A DNA stretch of 63,234 nt, counting the filler, from Octopus bimaculoides (lineage: Eukaryota), in assembly GCF_001194135.2 (NCBI RefSeq). It is 4 parts of 3 records of this genome, joined end to end, with 100 filler letters (N's around TTAATTAATTAA, not from the genome) between each part and the next. Parts side by side here need not be neighbours in the genome. Positions count along the whole stretch, not along the records: positions 39,359 to 56,186 come from NC_068982.1; positions 56,287 to 63,234 come from NC_068991.1; 2 more parts are not named here. One strand, given 5' to 3'. The notes beneath the pieces are model-generated. The model did no database searches, was not told the DNA's origin, and saw nothing but the letters and a program-made list of their open reading frames with translations. Shown piece after piece: positions 48,029 to 60,601 of the stretch (the first letter of the stretch is position 1; the number at the start of each line of letters is the position of its first letter). A program made the translations under genes and the position numbers.

Positions 48029-48117
48029 GTTTGCTAGAGATGGCAATAGCTCGCTTCTGCTTACAATATATATAATTTCAAGCAACATGATGTCACTGAT
48101 TTTGCAACAAGCAAAAA

Positions 48118-48311
48118 TGCTAGTTCTAAAATCTCTCTAAGAGATCAATACAGTAGTTGTACTAACAAGTAATGTTTGTAGTCACTTCAACATGGCTGTC
48201 CATTCAAACAAACTTTACTGAGATTTTTTAATCCCAAGAGGCCATCTCTAGTTGGTTAATGACGTGCAGCTGCATCAGAGATATTATGAGCAGGGGAGGG
48301 AACCCCTACCA
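48118..48311. repeat. ~190-bp direct repeat, copy 2
   Basis: See copy 1. Confidence 0.9.
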
Positions 48312-49984
48312 CCTAGCTTCAATACAATATTATAAAGATATTAATCTTCATGTGACCTAGACTAGTTTCAGGATTGCCTGCTAGGAGAAATATGCAAGTA
48401 TTATTAGAAAATTGCTTAATTAGCAGAAAGCTGAACTGTTTGCTTGGCTGGTTGTAGAGAAATCCTTGTATTTAGTTAAAGTAAAATCAGATACATCTTC
48501 AACGTGGATAAATAGAAAATGAATAAATAAATGAATTCTAGAAACATCATCGGAGAAATGATACAAGATTTGTGTACAAGAATGATTTTTTTGTCTTTAG
48601 AATTTTGGAAAGAAGGAAGATATTACCAAAAATTAAAATCAATCAAGCTATTACATAATATTAGAATAATGGGAGAAGATATTTCTGTACATTTTCAAAA
48701 GAAATGATTAAAATCTAAAATAACTTAGCTTGGGAAAAGAAACATACTGAAGAAAAAAAAGTTGGTAAGCTTGATTGTTGTCTTATATTAACCATTTCAA
48801 TTTAGCATTTTATTTCTTTTAAAACCCTTTTAAGTGCTTCTAATAAAACCAATTACCTAGATGTACATGCTGTAAAAGGAAAAAGAAAAAAATGTGCACA
48901 AAATTCTCAACATTTTCAAAGAATTCATTATAGTCATCATTTGATGCCCACTTTTCCATGCTTACATGGACTGGACAGAATTTTGTTGACAGATTTTCTA
49001 TGAGCAGGTACCCTTCCTGCTTCTAACCATCACTTGTTTCCAAGTAAGGTAATATTTTCCAGATGTATTTTTATGGAAGATGAATGAAGGACATCACCTG
49101 TAAGATGCTATCAATCATGAGCAGCTATCACATATTGTCAAAGCAAGGAGACAATAAAACACACACAAACACTACGATGGGCTTCTTTCAGGTTCTGTCA
49201 AACAAATGCATTCACAAGGCTTTGGTTGGCCTGGGGGTATAGTAGAAGGCACATGCCTAAGGTGCTGGGTAATGGGATACAACCTAGAGCCATGTGGATG
49301 AGAAACAAACTTCTCATAGGCCACGTCTGTGCCTATCATTTTTTTGAAATCAAATGATTTATTGTATTCCAATAAAAAAAAAAAAGAAGAAAAATGTAAT
49401 AATCAATATTTTTTGTCATGATTATTTGCAATTCTTTAACCTTTTTAACCATGTTATCAACAAAATTTTTATCAGTAATGCAGGTTATAATTTATACCAC
49501 AGCAAATAAAGATTGATTACTTTTAAACGTTCTTGAATTTGGAATAAACTTAATGATGATCAAACAAGTCTAGTAGGATTCAAGTTTGGAAACTGACTTG
49601 GTCAAAACTAACTTTTGACTTTTATTATCTTTGAGAAAAGCTTTGACCTATTTGACAGAATTAACAAGAGCATTATCATATTGCTCTATAGCTATTATTG
49701 AGTAAAGTTGTATTCACATAAAATAAAGGTGCAACTTCTGTAAAATATCTTGGTTCATCTTCCCAATTACCACTATTCACCATTATAATGTGGGATAACC
49801 ATGTATCTCAACTATAGCAAGACATCTGCTGTTGTCCATCTTGGCACTTCACATAAAACTACCACCATTTTCCTAAGACACTTGCCCCCACTTAGCCATT
49901 CTTTTTCTCCTTCCAGAGTTCTTTGTCTATTTGCAACTAGGCAACATCATGGCACAAAGAAAAACAAAAAAGTACCAACAGCAC

Positions 49985-50130
49985 ACGATAGGGTGATTGA
50001 TATTAGGAAGAGCATCCAGCCATAAAAAGCATGCTGAAGCAGATACTGGAGCTTGGCACAACCCCATGGGTGGCTGGATCCTGCCAAACCATCCAACTCA
50101 CACCAGCATGATGATGATGATGATGATGAT
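49985..50130 (+). mobile_element. Family C-like SINE 3' part with (ATG)n tail
   Basis: TAGGAAGAGCATCCAGCCATAAAA...CAACTCACACCAGCATGATGATG. Confidence 0.7.
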
Positions 50131-50149
50131 GACATATATATATAGGATT

Positions 50150-50468
50150 GACAGTGTGGTAAGTAGCTTGCTTACCAACCACAAGGTCCCGGGTTCATTC
50201 CCATTGCGTGGCACCTTGGGCAAGTGTCTTCCACTATAGCCTCGGGCCAACTAATGCCTTGTGAGTGGATTTGGTAGACAGGAACTGAAGGAAGTCCGTC
50301 GTATATATGTATACGTTTGTGTGTCTGTGTTTGTCCCCCCCCCCACCACTATCGCTTGACAACCGATGGTGGTGTGTTTACATCCCTGTAACTTAGCGGT
50401 TCAGCAAAAGAGACCGATAGAATAAGTACTAGGCTTACAAAGAATAAGCCCTGGGTCGATTTGCTCGA
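50150..50468 (+). mobile_element. SINE family A, young copy (runs into gap)
   Basis: GTGTGGTAAGTAGCTTGCTTACCAACCAC...GGGTTCATTCCC head and a consensus-like body. Confidence 0.9.
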
Positions 50469-51519
50469 NNNNNNNNNNATATATATACATAATTAAGGGA
50501 TCAGCAACAGTTGCTTCACCACATACCGAAGTTCAGAAATAGCAGCTAAAGTGCTAAAACTCCAACAGATAGCAATACTTGTAACTCACTGAAGGGCTTG
50601 GTAAAAATTATTAATTATTAATTTATTAATAAATTAATAATCCTTTACTCTTTTATTTGTAATATATATATATATATATATATATCAACTTTATATGTTT
50701 AAGATGTTGGAAGCACAAATAATAACTGGTTCAAGGCTACTCTGCATTTCATTTCCATCACATCCACTGGTTCAATTAACCAAATTCAGTTCATTTTATT
50801 TTAGAATATATTGAATGTTAAACTTCAAAATAGCAATGGATTCTGAGTGATATGTAAACTTCATTACCAGATCAATTCAACTGCTTGCCAAGGTCATTGC
50901 TAACTGGAAGATTACCAAACAGCTAAATAAGGATTAATTGATAATCATCAATAAACCAATGATGGCAGAGGTTTTAGTCATGATTCTTTTTTTCTTTTTA
51001 GTCTTATCAAACATCTTTGTTGCATAAATGTTTGAAGAAATACATAGGGAAACAATTTTAAATTTCTTCACCTGCTCCATCTTATATATAATGGAAGAAA
51101 TTACATTTAATACATCAATATTTCTTGAAAGCATATATCAGATATTGTGCATGTGTACATGGAGAGGAGACAGAAGCCAGAGAAATCTAAACAGGAGTTA
51201 TATTAATGTTCAAATCATTCAGTAAACAGCTGTTATACATGAAATTAAAAGAACCTTCTGTTGAAGCATTTGAATATTTGCTCCACATTTACTGTTACAG
51301 CCATAATTATGTTTCCTTTGGCACACAAACCTGTTAGTTCTCTCTGGCTCTTTTGCACAATTCACCTGAGAAACATCTGTTGCAAGAGGGCCTGTTAGTT
51401 TTATGAATATGACGACGGGAAATGATGAGTATAATTAATAGTAATTATATAATAATGATTTTTTTTTCATTTTGCAATAACCCAGTGAACATACATTTAT
51501 TTCCTATTTCAAAGAAATT

Positions 51520-51892
51520 CGAACAATACGTATAAGACCCAAGTTAAAAAGATTCTCAAAAATTCAACTTCTCTGGTTGACATTAAGACACCCCAATAGG
51601 GGCCTTAACTCCCACATTTTACAGCTCCATGACCTCCATTTTTCAGGAGCAAAATCCTTTTAACAGGCTCCATAAGACTAGAATTTTAGAATCTGCGCAT
51701 AAAGATCATTAGGATGGGATACATGTATCATGATTAGAATTTTTTTAGGCTGTGTAAAGAGGGAAAGAACCCTCATCTGCAATTCTGATGAAATTCGAAT
51801 CATAAATATTCCAGTTCATGAGAGAAAATATAACAGAAAAGTCTAATTCTTCAGTTGCATGTTACACAGGCAACGCTGGGTATCTCTGCTAG
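51520..51892 (+). mobile_element. Non-autonomous Helitron 3' portion
   Basis: Ends CAGGCAACGCTGGGTATCTCTG-CTAG|T, nearly identical to the 3' end of the 9981-10946 element; 5' boundary uncertain. Confidence 0.7.
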
Positions 51893-52459
51893 TATATGAT
51901 AAAATGTTTCAAACAAAAGAGGAAGTTACAAAAAGATACAAGGTGTGGGAGAAAAACTTAGTGCAATATATTAATTCTTAACCTCACTCTCTGCAGATAT
52001 ATACCTCTGTTGCCAAATCCAGTTTCACACAGACACACACAAAAAAAAAAAAAAAGAAAAAGAAACAGTTCAAATAGTGATGTTTTGTGGATCAAAAACT
52101 GTAACTAACCACTTTTCTGTGTGAGAAATAAAGTTCAGTTTCATTTTAGAAAGAATTTCTAGTCAAAAGACTTCCTTTTGTGCCATGTGTATATATCATT
52201 TACATTTTAGTGTTTATCAATAAATTTCTAAAAACCAAAGCTGTCAGCAAGAAAAGATAAAACTCTCTTTTTGTCAGGTAAATGGCCCTGCTCAATATAT
52301 AGAAAAGGAGTTGGAACTAATTCCATTCGCTGCACCTAGTATAAGCTATGGACATGTAAGAGGTGCAGTGGAATCACAGATAGATTAACAAATAAAGTTG
52401 TCTTCATATGTGGCAGATGTGCAGTTACAATTAAGTAGTAAGAGCAAATGGGACTTAGT

Positions 52460-52780
52460 CTCTCTCAAATGCCCAGGTGGCTCTCTTGAAGTTGTAGATA
52501 GTTTCTGTTACCTAGGTGACCAAATTAGCAATGGTGGAGGATGCACTAAAAGTATTGTTTCTAGAATAAGAATATGATGGAGGAAGTTCAGAGAGCTATT
52601 ACGTTTGTTGGCAACAAAAGGACTCACTCTCAGAGTGAAGGGTAGATTATATGATGCTTGTGTGTAACTGGCTATACTCCATGGTAGTGAGATATGGGCT
52701 CTGAGTGCAGAAGAAATGCATTGACTGGAGAGAAATGAAGGGAATATGTTCCATTAGATATGCAACATCAGTGTGCATGT
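52460..52780 (+). mobile_element. RTE-clade LINE remnant
   Basis: LKCPGGSLEVVDSFCYLGDQISNGGGC...WRKFRELL...KGRLYDACV*LAILHGSEIW with in-frame stops. Confidence 0.88.
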
Positions 52781-52968
52781 ACAAAAGTGACAAATCAGAG
52801 TTAATGTAATGCTAATATCTCTGGTTGTGATTCTTGTATTCTCAAGCTCTCTGTACTATAACACCAGCCAGTGTGCAGGTGTCTGGTTCAACATCTCTAC
52901 TTGTCTTAACTAATTCATGATCTTAACGTCCATGAATCAGATGAGGAGAAAGGTAGAGCTTCCACATG

Positions 52969-53114
52969 CCCTGCCCCAGTTGAGGGCAGATACATCATCA
53001 GCCAGAGTTTCCTCCAACACCTTTCAAAAGTATATGGAAGTCCCTGCCCCAGTTGAGGGCAGATACATCATCAGCCAGAGTTTCCTCCAACACCTTTCAA
53101 AAGTATATGGAAGT
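52969..53114. repeat. Perfect 73-bp tandem duplication
   Basis: CCCTGCCCCAGTTGAGGGCAG...AAGTATATGGAAGT starts at 52969 and again at 53042. Confidence 0.95.
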
Positions 53115-55980
53115 CCATCAACTCTTTGAGTAACAAAGGTATGTCATGTTCCTCCTTGCTCTTCACTGGATAGATTTATCAAGTAAGGAAGCACAGTCTT
53201 TTGTAATACTTTGTTCATTCTTTTTCGTCTTCTATGATTACACATAAACCAAACTGCTCCTTTTGACTCACAGTGCTACCATAGGATGAAACACTGCTGT
53301 TGTCATTGCCATTTCCAATACTACTCCCTGTTTGTGAATTCCATTATACAACTAGAAGTGTTTGAGCCTGAAGCTCTTGCTTGTTTGATCTTTTCACTCT
53401 TTCTTTCTTCCAAATTCCTTCCTTTTGCTTGAAAACATCTTGACCATGTACTTGTTTATATTATTCAGACCACCACCACCACCACTGTAGTAAGAACTTA
53501 TTTCTATTACTTCTGAGGCAGCTGGTAATTGACTGGTACTTTACTGTATCAAAGGATGATGGATAAAAGACAAATTAATTGTTGGCAGGCAGAATTTGAA
53601 TTCGAAATGTAAAGAGCTGCAACAAATATCACAGGCTTTAATGATTCTGTCAAAAAACCCCAATAGTAATAAACATTGGTACAAGGCCACAAATTTAGTT
53701 GATTTAATCAGCTTATTGTACTCACAAAGAAAAGAGATGACAGAAAAATGTTGAACCAGGCAAGATTTGAACTTAGAAAGAAAAAGGACCTATCTAAATA
53801 CTGGAAACCATTCATCTAATGCTCTACCATTTCTGTAATTCCATACTTTAATAACTTATTCATTCTACACTAGTGAGATAATTAGTCAAACTATGTCAGT
53901 TTTATGGAATAAAGTAAGCCATTATCATCATTATCTATGTATATTTTCTCCTTGACTTTTCATAACCAGCAGTATCTACTAATAGATTGCTGATTTTGAG
54001 AGTGTGGAACAAGAGCTGCAATGTTCAAACTTTTCTCAAGTTTTGGTGAAGAGAATAGTTATAATCAGACTTTAAATGTGGATTGTTGAGTGTTTGCCAT
54101 GTGAAACTAGGAACAATTAATTCTTAAACAGGTTGATGGTGAGAATTCAAAGGATTAACAATAAGATAAAAAGAAAAGTTACAAAATATCATTTGGTTTA
54201 TCCTATCCTAGCTTCTTTAGAAATATTTTTATATTTTGTTCTATTATCAAAATTCTGAAATAGACCAGGTTAAAAAAATGGCTATTGAATTCTTGCTAGA
54301 GTTAATAATCCATAACTGTTTTGCAACCACATATTTGTAATGACATACAATAGGCACATTTCAGTTAACTTGGAAGATAAAAATTGGAGGGATTTAGTAA
54401 AATACCTAACTACTATTATGGTGGTGTTTGAGTCATATTTAAAAGTTCTTTTATGATAGAAGATTTTAATGAATATATAAGCACATTAAATATGAGATTT
54501 TCTTTCATAAAATCAAAGGTTGTCTTATGCAGGTTGGTATCAAAGGAGATATGTGTCCTCTTTAGTGTTAATAATCTGAAAGCATGTGTAATCTAATCTA
54601 TACCAATATGAAAAAAATTAACCATTTAACTGATCACAATGGTAATGCCGATATAATAACGGGTTACTATTAGTCTGTCTGAAATGTTATGCTAGTCTGT
54701 GTATCCGAAAATTGCAACAGTTTTCCTCAATTATTAAGGCATTGTAATATATATAGTGTAAATATAATAGTTTCTGCCCCTCTGAAACTTAACTATGTCA
54801 TTTTTAATCCAAACCTAGTCAATGTCTGCAGCTAATGTCTTATTGTTGATGATGTTTCCTTCAGTACCACAGAGTTGTAAACATTTTCTATGATCTGTCT
54901 CCTCAAAACTTCAAATTAAACAATTCCTTGGAGCTATCTTCAATCTCCAATGTCCTAAAAAGTTATGGGTATCAATTTCTCAAACCACAAATTAAAAATA
55001 CAAAATCTGTCAAAATATACTGAAAGTTCTTTTCCGTACTGTACAAGGCCTCCATATGTTTCATGTCTTTTTGATCAATTCAAATAAATTTGTTATTCTT
55101 TAGATTTAAAAAACAAAATTGCTAAAGGGATATAGGCTCAGGATAAACCTTGTTTATCAAATTTTAAATATGCTGCTAATTATTTGCAACAAAAGATAAT
55201 GAACCAGATGAGGTGAACAGTATGTCTAAGTGTAATTTTTTCAGTAAATGCCAAACTTTACCATGTGATATTTAAGGACTTTCTGGGCAACAAAATGTCT
55301 ATTATTAAATGAAGATTTGTGTACTTGTTAAACAAGTAAAATGACATCTATTGTTCGTCAAAACTAGAGCATTCTCCTCAATTCAGATGATCATTCTTTG
55401 CTATATTACTATCTGCCACTTCATTGTAACTTTTAGCACACAATTATTGTTTTTATAGTGTTTTACTAAGTTGGCTTCTTCATGTATATGAGGAGGCTAA
55501 TGGAAAAAATTCAAAGACTTAGCAATCAAAATATGTAACAGAGATTTGCTGAGCCAGCATACTAGATACAGATAAAATATGGAGGGTGTGTTAGCTGAAG
55601 TTCAAAGTGCTGGTAAATACACAAGATCTATTTAACCTGACAAAAGGATGGGTAGTCAGGAAAGAGACCCTTAAAAAATCCCAACTTCAACACCAAGTAG
55701 AAACAGCACAATTATGAATGTTAAAATGCATTTAAAAGGATCAGCAAAGTCGGAAACAGAACAGCGAAAATTTAGGATCAATTTGTGAGAAGGGTACCTA
55801 TTTTGTGAATCTATCCAACCTTTAACAGTGGAAAAACACCAAAAAGGGATTATAATTGAGTAGGTTAAAATTAATTTTCTTTACCCTAATCTTGCTTAAA
55901 ATTCTAACACTAATAGTCTATGTAAAGAATAAAAAGTTTTGAATGGTACAACAATGAATTATAATACAAACAATGGACTA

Positions 55981-56186
55981 TATCATCATCATCATCATCA
56001 TCATCATCGTTTAACGTCCGCTTTCCATGCTAGCATGGGTTGGACGATTTGACTGAGGACTGGTGAAACCGGATGGCAACACCAGGCTCCAGTCTGATTT
56101 GGCAGAGTTTCTACAGCTGGATGCCCTTCCTAACGCCAACCACTCAGAGAGTGTAGTGGGTGCTTTTACGTGTCACCCGCACGAAA
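55981..56186 (-). mobile_element. SINE family C, young copy (runs into gap)
   Basis: (CAT)9-CGTTTAACGTCCGCTTTCCATGCTAGCATGGGTTGGACG. Confidence 0.9.
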
Positions 56187-56230
56187 NNNNNNNNNNNNNN
56201 NNNNNNNNNNNNNNNNNNNNNNNNNNNNNN

Positions 56231-56242
56231 TTAATTAATTAA
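56231..56242. other. Assembly linker TTAATTAATTAA
   Basis: Same fixed 100-bp N-linker structure. Confidence 0.9.
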
Positions 56243-56858
56243 NNNNNNNNNNNNNNNNNNNNNNNNNNNNNNNNNNNNNNNNNNNNTATATATAAATGCG
56301 CTGTATAAAATTATAGTTTAAGAAATAAAATAGAAAGATTTATTATTTGGTGTATCTTGGAATATAGACAAGAAGCTTTGAGGAGGACGAGACTCAAGAA
56401 TATACATACGTGGGAAAGCGCCTACATACAAACATGCGCAACATATGCATACACACATGAAAACATAGAAGTGTATGTATTTATCGGTCTGTCGGCCTGA
56501 ATGTCTGTCTGTCAGTCTGTCTGTCTGTCTGCCTGTCTGTCTGCCTGTCTGTCAATGTGTCAGTCAGTCTCTGAGTCTATCAGTTTGTCGGTCTGTTTGA
56601 GTGTCTGTTTCTCTCTGTACACTCTCTCCCTTTCTCTGTCCTCTGTCTGCCCCTTTCTTTCTCTCCCTCTCACACACATGCACAAACTCACACGCTCGGA
56701 CACACACAAACACACACACATACACACCAACACACCACAATACACGAGCGAACACAGTCTTCTGTCCCTCTGTGTTTCTATCTTTCTCTAGTTCTCTCCC
56801 TTATCCACTCTTTCTGTTTCTCTCTCTCTCCCTCTCTCTCTCTACCTCCCTCTCTCTC

Positions 56859-56904
<46 letters not shown>

Positions 56905-58184
56905 AATATATATATATACACATGAATATATATATATCGACATTATATAAGCATTTATATGTTTTCAATAGACTATGTAATACATATATGTATATAGAAT
57001 ATACATATGTATATATACATGTACACACACAAACACACAAACGCACACACATGCACGCACGCACACATGCATATATATATAAGTATGCAATATATGCACA
57101 TATGGATATATATACATATATAAAATATTCACACACACATATATATATTCGTACTTACACAAACACACACAGACGTGCCAATATATACATATATATNNNN
57201 NNNNNNNNNNNNNNNNNNNNNNNNNNNNNNNNNNNNNNNNNNNNNNNNNNNNNNNNNNNNNNNNNNNNNNNNNNNNNNNNNNNNNNNNNNNNNNNNNNNN
57301 NNNNNNNNNNNNNNNNNNNNNNNNNNNNNNNNNNNNNNNNNNNNNNNNNNNNNNNNNNNNNNNNNNNNNNNNNNNNNNNNNNNNNNNNNNNNNNNNNNNN
57401 NNNNNNNNNNNNNNNNNNNNNNNNNNNNNNNNNNNNNNNNNNNNNNNNNNNNNNNNNNNNNNNNNNNNNNNNNNNNNNNNNNNNNNNNNNNNNNNNNNNN
57501 NNNNNNNNNNNNNNNNNNNNNNNNNNNNNNNNNNNNNNNNNNNNNNNNNNNNNNNNNNNNNNNNNNNNNNNNNNNNNNNNNNNNNNNNNNNNNNNNNNNN
57601 NNNNNNNNNNNNNNNNNNNNNNNNNNNNNNNNNNNNNNNNNNNNNNNNNNNNNNNNNNNNNNNNNNNNNNNNNNNNNNNNNNNNNNNNNNNNNNNNNNNN
57701 NNNNNNNNNNNNNNNNNNNNNNNNNNNNNNNNNNNNNNNNNNNNNNNNNNNNNNNNNNNNNNNNNNNNNNNNNNNNNNNNNNNNNNNNNNNNNNNNNNNN
57801 NNNNNNNNNNNNNNNNNNNNNNNNNNNNNNNNNNNNNNNNNNNNNNNNNNNNNNNNNNNNNNNNNNNNNNNNNNNNNNNNNNNNNNNNNNNNNNNNNNNN
57901 NNNNNNNNNNNNNNNNNNNNNNNNNNNNNNNNNNNNNNNNNNNNNNNNNNNNNNNNNNNNNNNNNNNNNNNNNNNNNNNNNNNNNNNNNNNNNNNNNNNN
58001 NNNNNNNNNNNNNNNNNNNNNNNNNNNNNNNNNNNNNNNNNNNNNNNNNNNNNNNNNNNNNNNNNNNNNNNNNNNNNNNNNNNNNNNNNNNNNNNNNNNN
58101 NNNNNNNNNNNNNNNNNNNNNNNNNNNNNNNNNNNNNNNNNNNNNNNNNNNNNNNNNNNNNNNNNNNNNNNNNNNNNNNNNNNN

Positions 58185-58216
<32 letters not shown>

Positions 58217-58250
58217 AAGAGAAAGAGAGAGAGAGAGATAGAGAGAGAGA

Positions 58251-58289
<39 letters not shown>

Positions 58290-58454
58290 TATGTATGTAG
58301 TACACACAGACATTGACACGGTTATTCATTGTTCTACTCTGAAAATGTGCACTTTATTATAACTCAACATATTTATCAATTGAGAGCCGATTTATTAATT
58401 TTTTCACTTTTAAACTAATGGCTACGCTGTTTTAATAATACATGTAACTGAAGG

Positions 58455-58860
58455 CTGCAGGCTGGCAGAATGTTTTCCACTCCGGCAAAAATTCATAGCG
58501 GTGTTTCGTCCGTCTTTACGTTTTTAGTTGAAATTCTGCTGAAGTCGACGTTGCCTTTCCTCCATTCGGAAGTTGATAAAATGAAGTACCAGTTGAATAC
58601 TGAGGTCAATGTAATCGACCTGTCCTCTCCTGAAATTGCTTGTCTTGGACAATTCCAATTTTACTTTTATGCAGTACAAATACAGCTAGAGAAACAATTT
58701 TCAAAGTATAGCTGAATCGTTAGCACGCCAGGCGAAATCCATGGTGGCATTCTGCTGAGCTCGACTTTGCCTTTCATCTTTGCGGGGTCGATAGATTAAG
58801 TTCCAGTTAAGTACTAGGGTCGATGCGACTGACTTAACCCCTCCCACCAAATTTCAGGCA
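58455..58860 (+). mobile_element. Two SINE family B copies (58455-58640, 58700-58860)
   Basis: GGCAGAATGTT...GTTGAAATTCTGCTGAAGTCGAC and GCTGAATCGTTAGCACGCC...GACTTTGCCTTTCATC. Confidence 0.75.
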
Positions 58861-58878
58861 TTGTACCTATGGTAAACC

Positions 58879-59235
58879 TTTTTCCTTCGCTTTAGCGAAG
58901 GCGGTGGTATTGTTTCCAGTTGTGTTTGTTTGTTTGTCCGTGGAGAAGATATCTCAAACACCGCTGGATGGATTAGGATGAAACTTTCAGGAATGGTTGG
59001 CCTCGTGACTGGCACGAACTGATTAGATTTTGGGATCAATCCGGTGCCGAACAAGGATTCTGGATTATTTTTCCTATATTTTAAATTAATTTTTGAGAGC
59101 GGTCGTGTTCATTCTTAGTTTTCTCGTTTGTAGGAACAGTCGAGTTTATTTCAGATATTCTCATTTTAAAAAAGACTAATCATTACGAGGACGTTTGTGT
59201 TGCCTTGGCGGAGATTTGCGCTCTCTGAGTGCTCT
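58879..59235 (+). mobile_element. Helentron/DINE-1-like non-autonomous element (HINE)
   Basis: 5' palindrome CCTTCGC-TTTA-GCGAAGG followed by (GTTT)n; 3' CCTTGGCGGAG followed by the stem-loop GCGCTCTCTGAGTGC; T-rich ends. Confidence 0.7.
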
Positions 59236-59242
59236 TGTTGTT

Positions 59243-59326
<84 letters not shown>

Positions 59327-59439
59327 ATTATTATTATTATTATTATAGCTCGTAAGACAACATCCTGTGTCTGCGATTCTTCGAAATGTAATGTTTATAT
59401 AAAAGTTCCGCTTTTCTTTATGCAGTTCTTTATATTTTT

Positions 59440-59940
59440 ATTGAACATTGCAAGAACATCATGCCGCAGGGTTTGGGTCGTAGAGGGCAGACAATCCAAT
59501 GATCGATACTATGGTTCACCTCTGCACATTCATATGAGGTGGGGATGCTCATGTAGCCCAATCTGACCAATACAGATTTTGATAATCCCGCTCTCGTTCT
59601 GAGGCGGTTGAGTGTCTTCCACTGAATCCCTGGTACCTCAGCAGGGAAGATTCTCATGTCAGTTGGAAGATCGTTCTCAAGCTTTTCCGTCCAGAGATGG
59701 AGGCCAGTTTCCTCCCGTCATGTAGTTAGAGGTTAGACACGGCCGAGGTGGCTCCTTGACTTCAGTTGTTGGGTCGATGTTTGCCGTCCATGAAAGATGT
59801 GGATTTCATCACTGGTAACCTTTGTCTTTTCGACTCAATGAGTCACCTTCCCTCTGATATCAGCAAGGGAAACGCTAGCGAGGAGGCACATGATGTTAGT
59901 GCTGGTGAGTTTCAAACCACCAGTGGTTATGTGGCAGGTG
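59440..59940 (-). mobile_element. Non-LTR retrotransposon C-terminal remnant with CCHC-like motif (clade not assigned)
   Basis: CHITTGGLK...LLASVSLADIR...QQLKSR and PGIQWKTLNRLRTRAG...ECAEVNHSIDHWIVCPLRP. Confidence 0.75.
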
Positions 59941-60079
59941 TTCAAAGTTGGGTCATGTTTCTTGAGAGGGGTTAATATTTCTCAGACAGGACATGCATAG
60001 ACCGCAGAGGAATAGCACAATGCCAGAGCCGTAGATCTTAATATATATGCTAAGAATTGCTAGTATGTCTGGAAAAATC

Positions 60080-60250
60080 GTAAGCATGTCTGGAAAAATG
60101 CTTAGTAGCAGTTCGTTCGAGTTTACGCCGTGGTCGACTTTACCTTTCATCATTTCGTGGTCGAGAAAATAAGTACCTGTTGAGCATTGAAGTTGATATA
60201 ATCGCTTTATCCTCTCCTCCGAAATTGCTGGCCTCATGTCAAAATTTGAA
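60080..60250 (+). mobile_element. SINE family B, diverged
   Basis: GTGGTCGACTTTACCTTTCATCATTTCGTGGTCGAGAAAATAAGTACC. Confidence 0.7.
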
Positions 60251-60601
60251 CCCCAGCATATGAGTTATGGTTTCCGTGAGATTATGATTAGGGAGTTGAC
60301 CTACAATTTGGAGTTTTGACGTGTTTCTTAATGAAGAGAGTCTGATTCAAAATAACCGATCTCGTTACCAAAGTCCGTTCTCCAGAATTTCACAATTCTG
60401 GATATTCTTTACACCAAAAATTTACTTCGGTTACATCATGACTTCACAATATTTGACTGCCGAATGGTGGAGAATGGCAACATCTGTAGATTCTATAGAA
60501 GTAATACACAGGGGAAAGGCATTTTAGAAATTTCTACATACTTTTAGTGATAGCGTTTTTGTGATATAGTTGAATGAGCGCTCCAGTTTTCGTTTCATAT
60601 A

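Noticed and set aside
46160-48311. Canonical LTR retrotransposon call
   Set aside because: No TSD outside the repeats, no PBS or PPT, and the ORF is LINE ORF1-like rather than Ty3/Ty1 gag-pol; kept only as an open finding.
48601-48710. Candidate exon FWKEGRYYQKLKSIKLL...
   Set aside because: Good acceptor but very AT-rich, no convincing donor and no homology.
50150-50225. tRNA gene at SINE heads (here and in other copies)
   Set aside because: A/B-box-like motifs continue into a multi-copy SINE body and I could not build a full cloverleaf; tRNA-derived, not tRNA genes.
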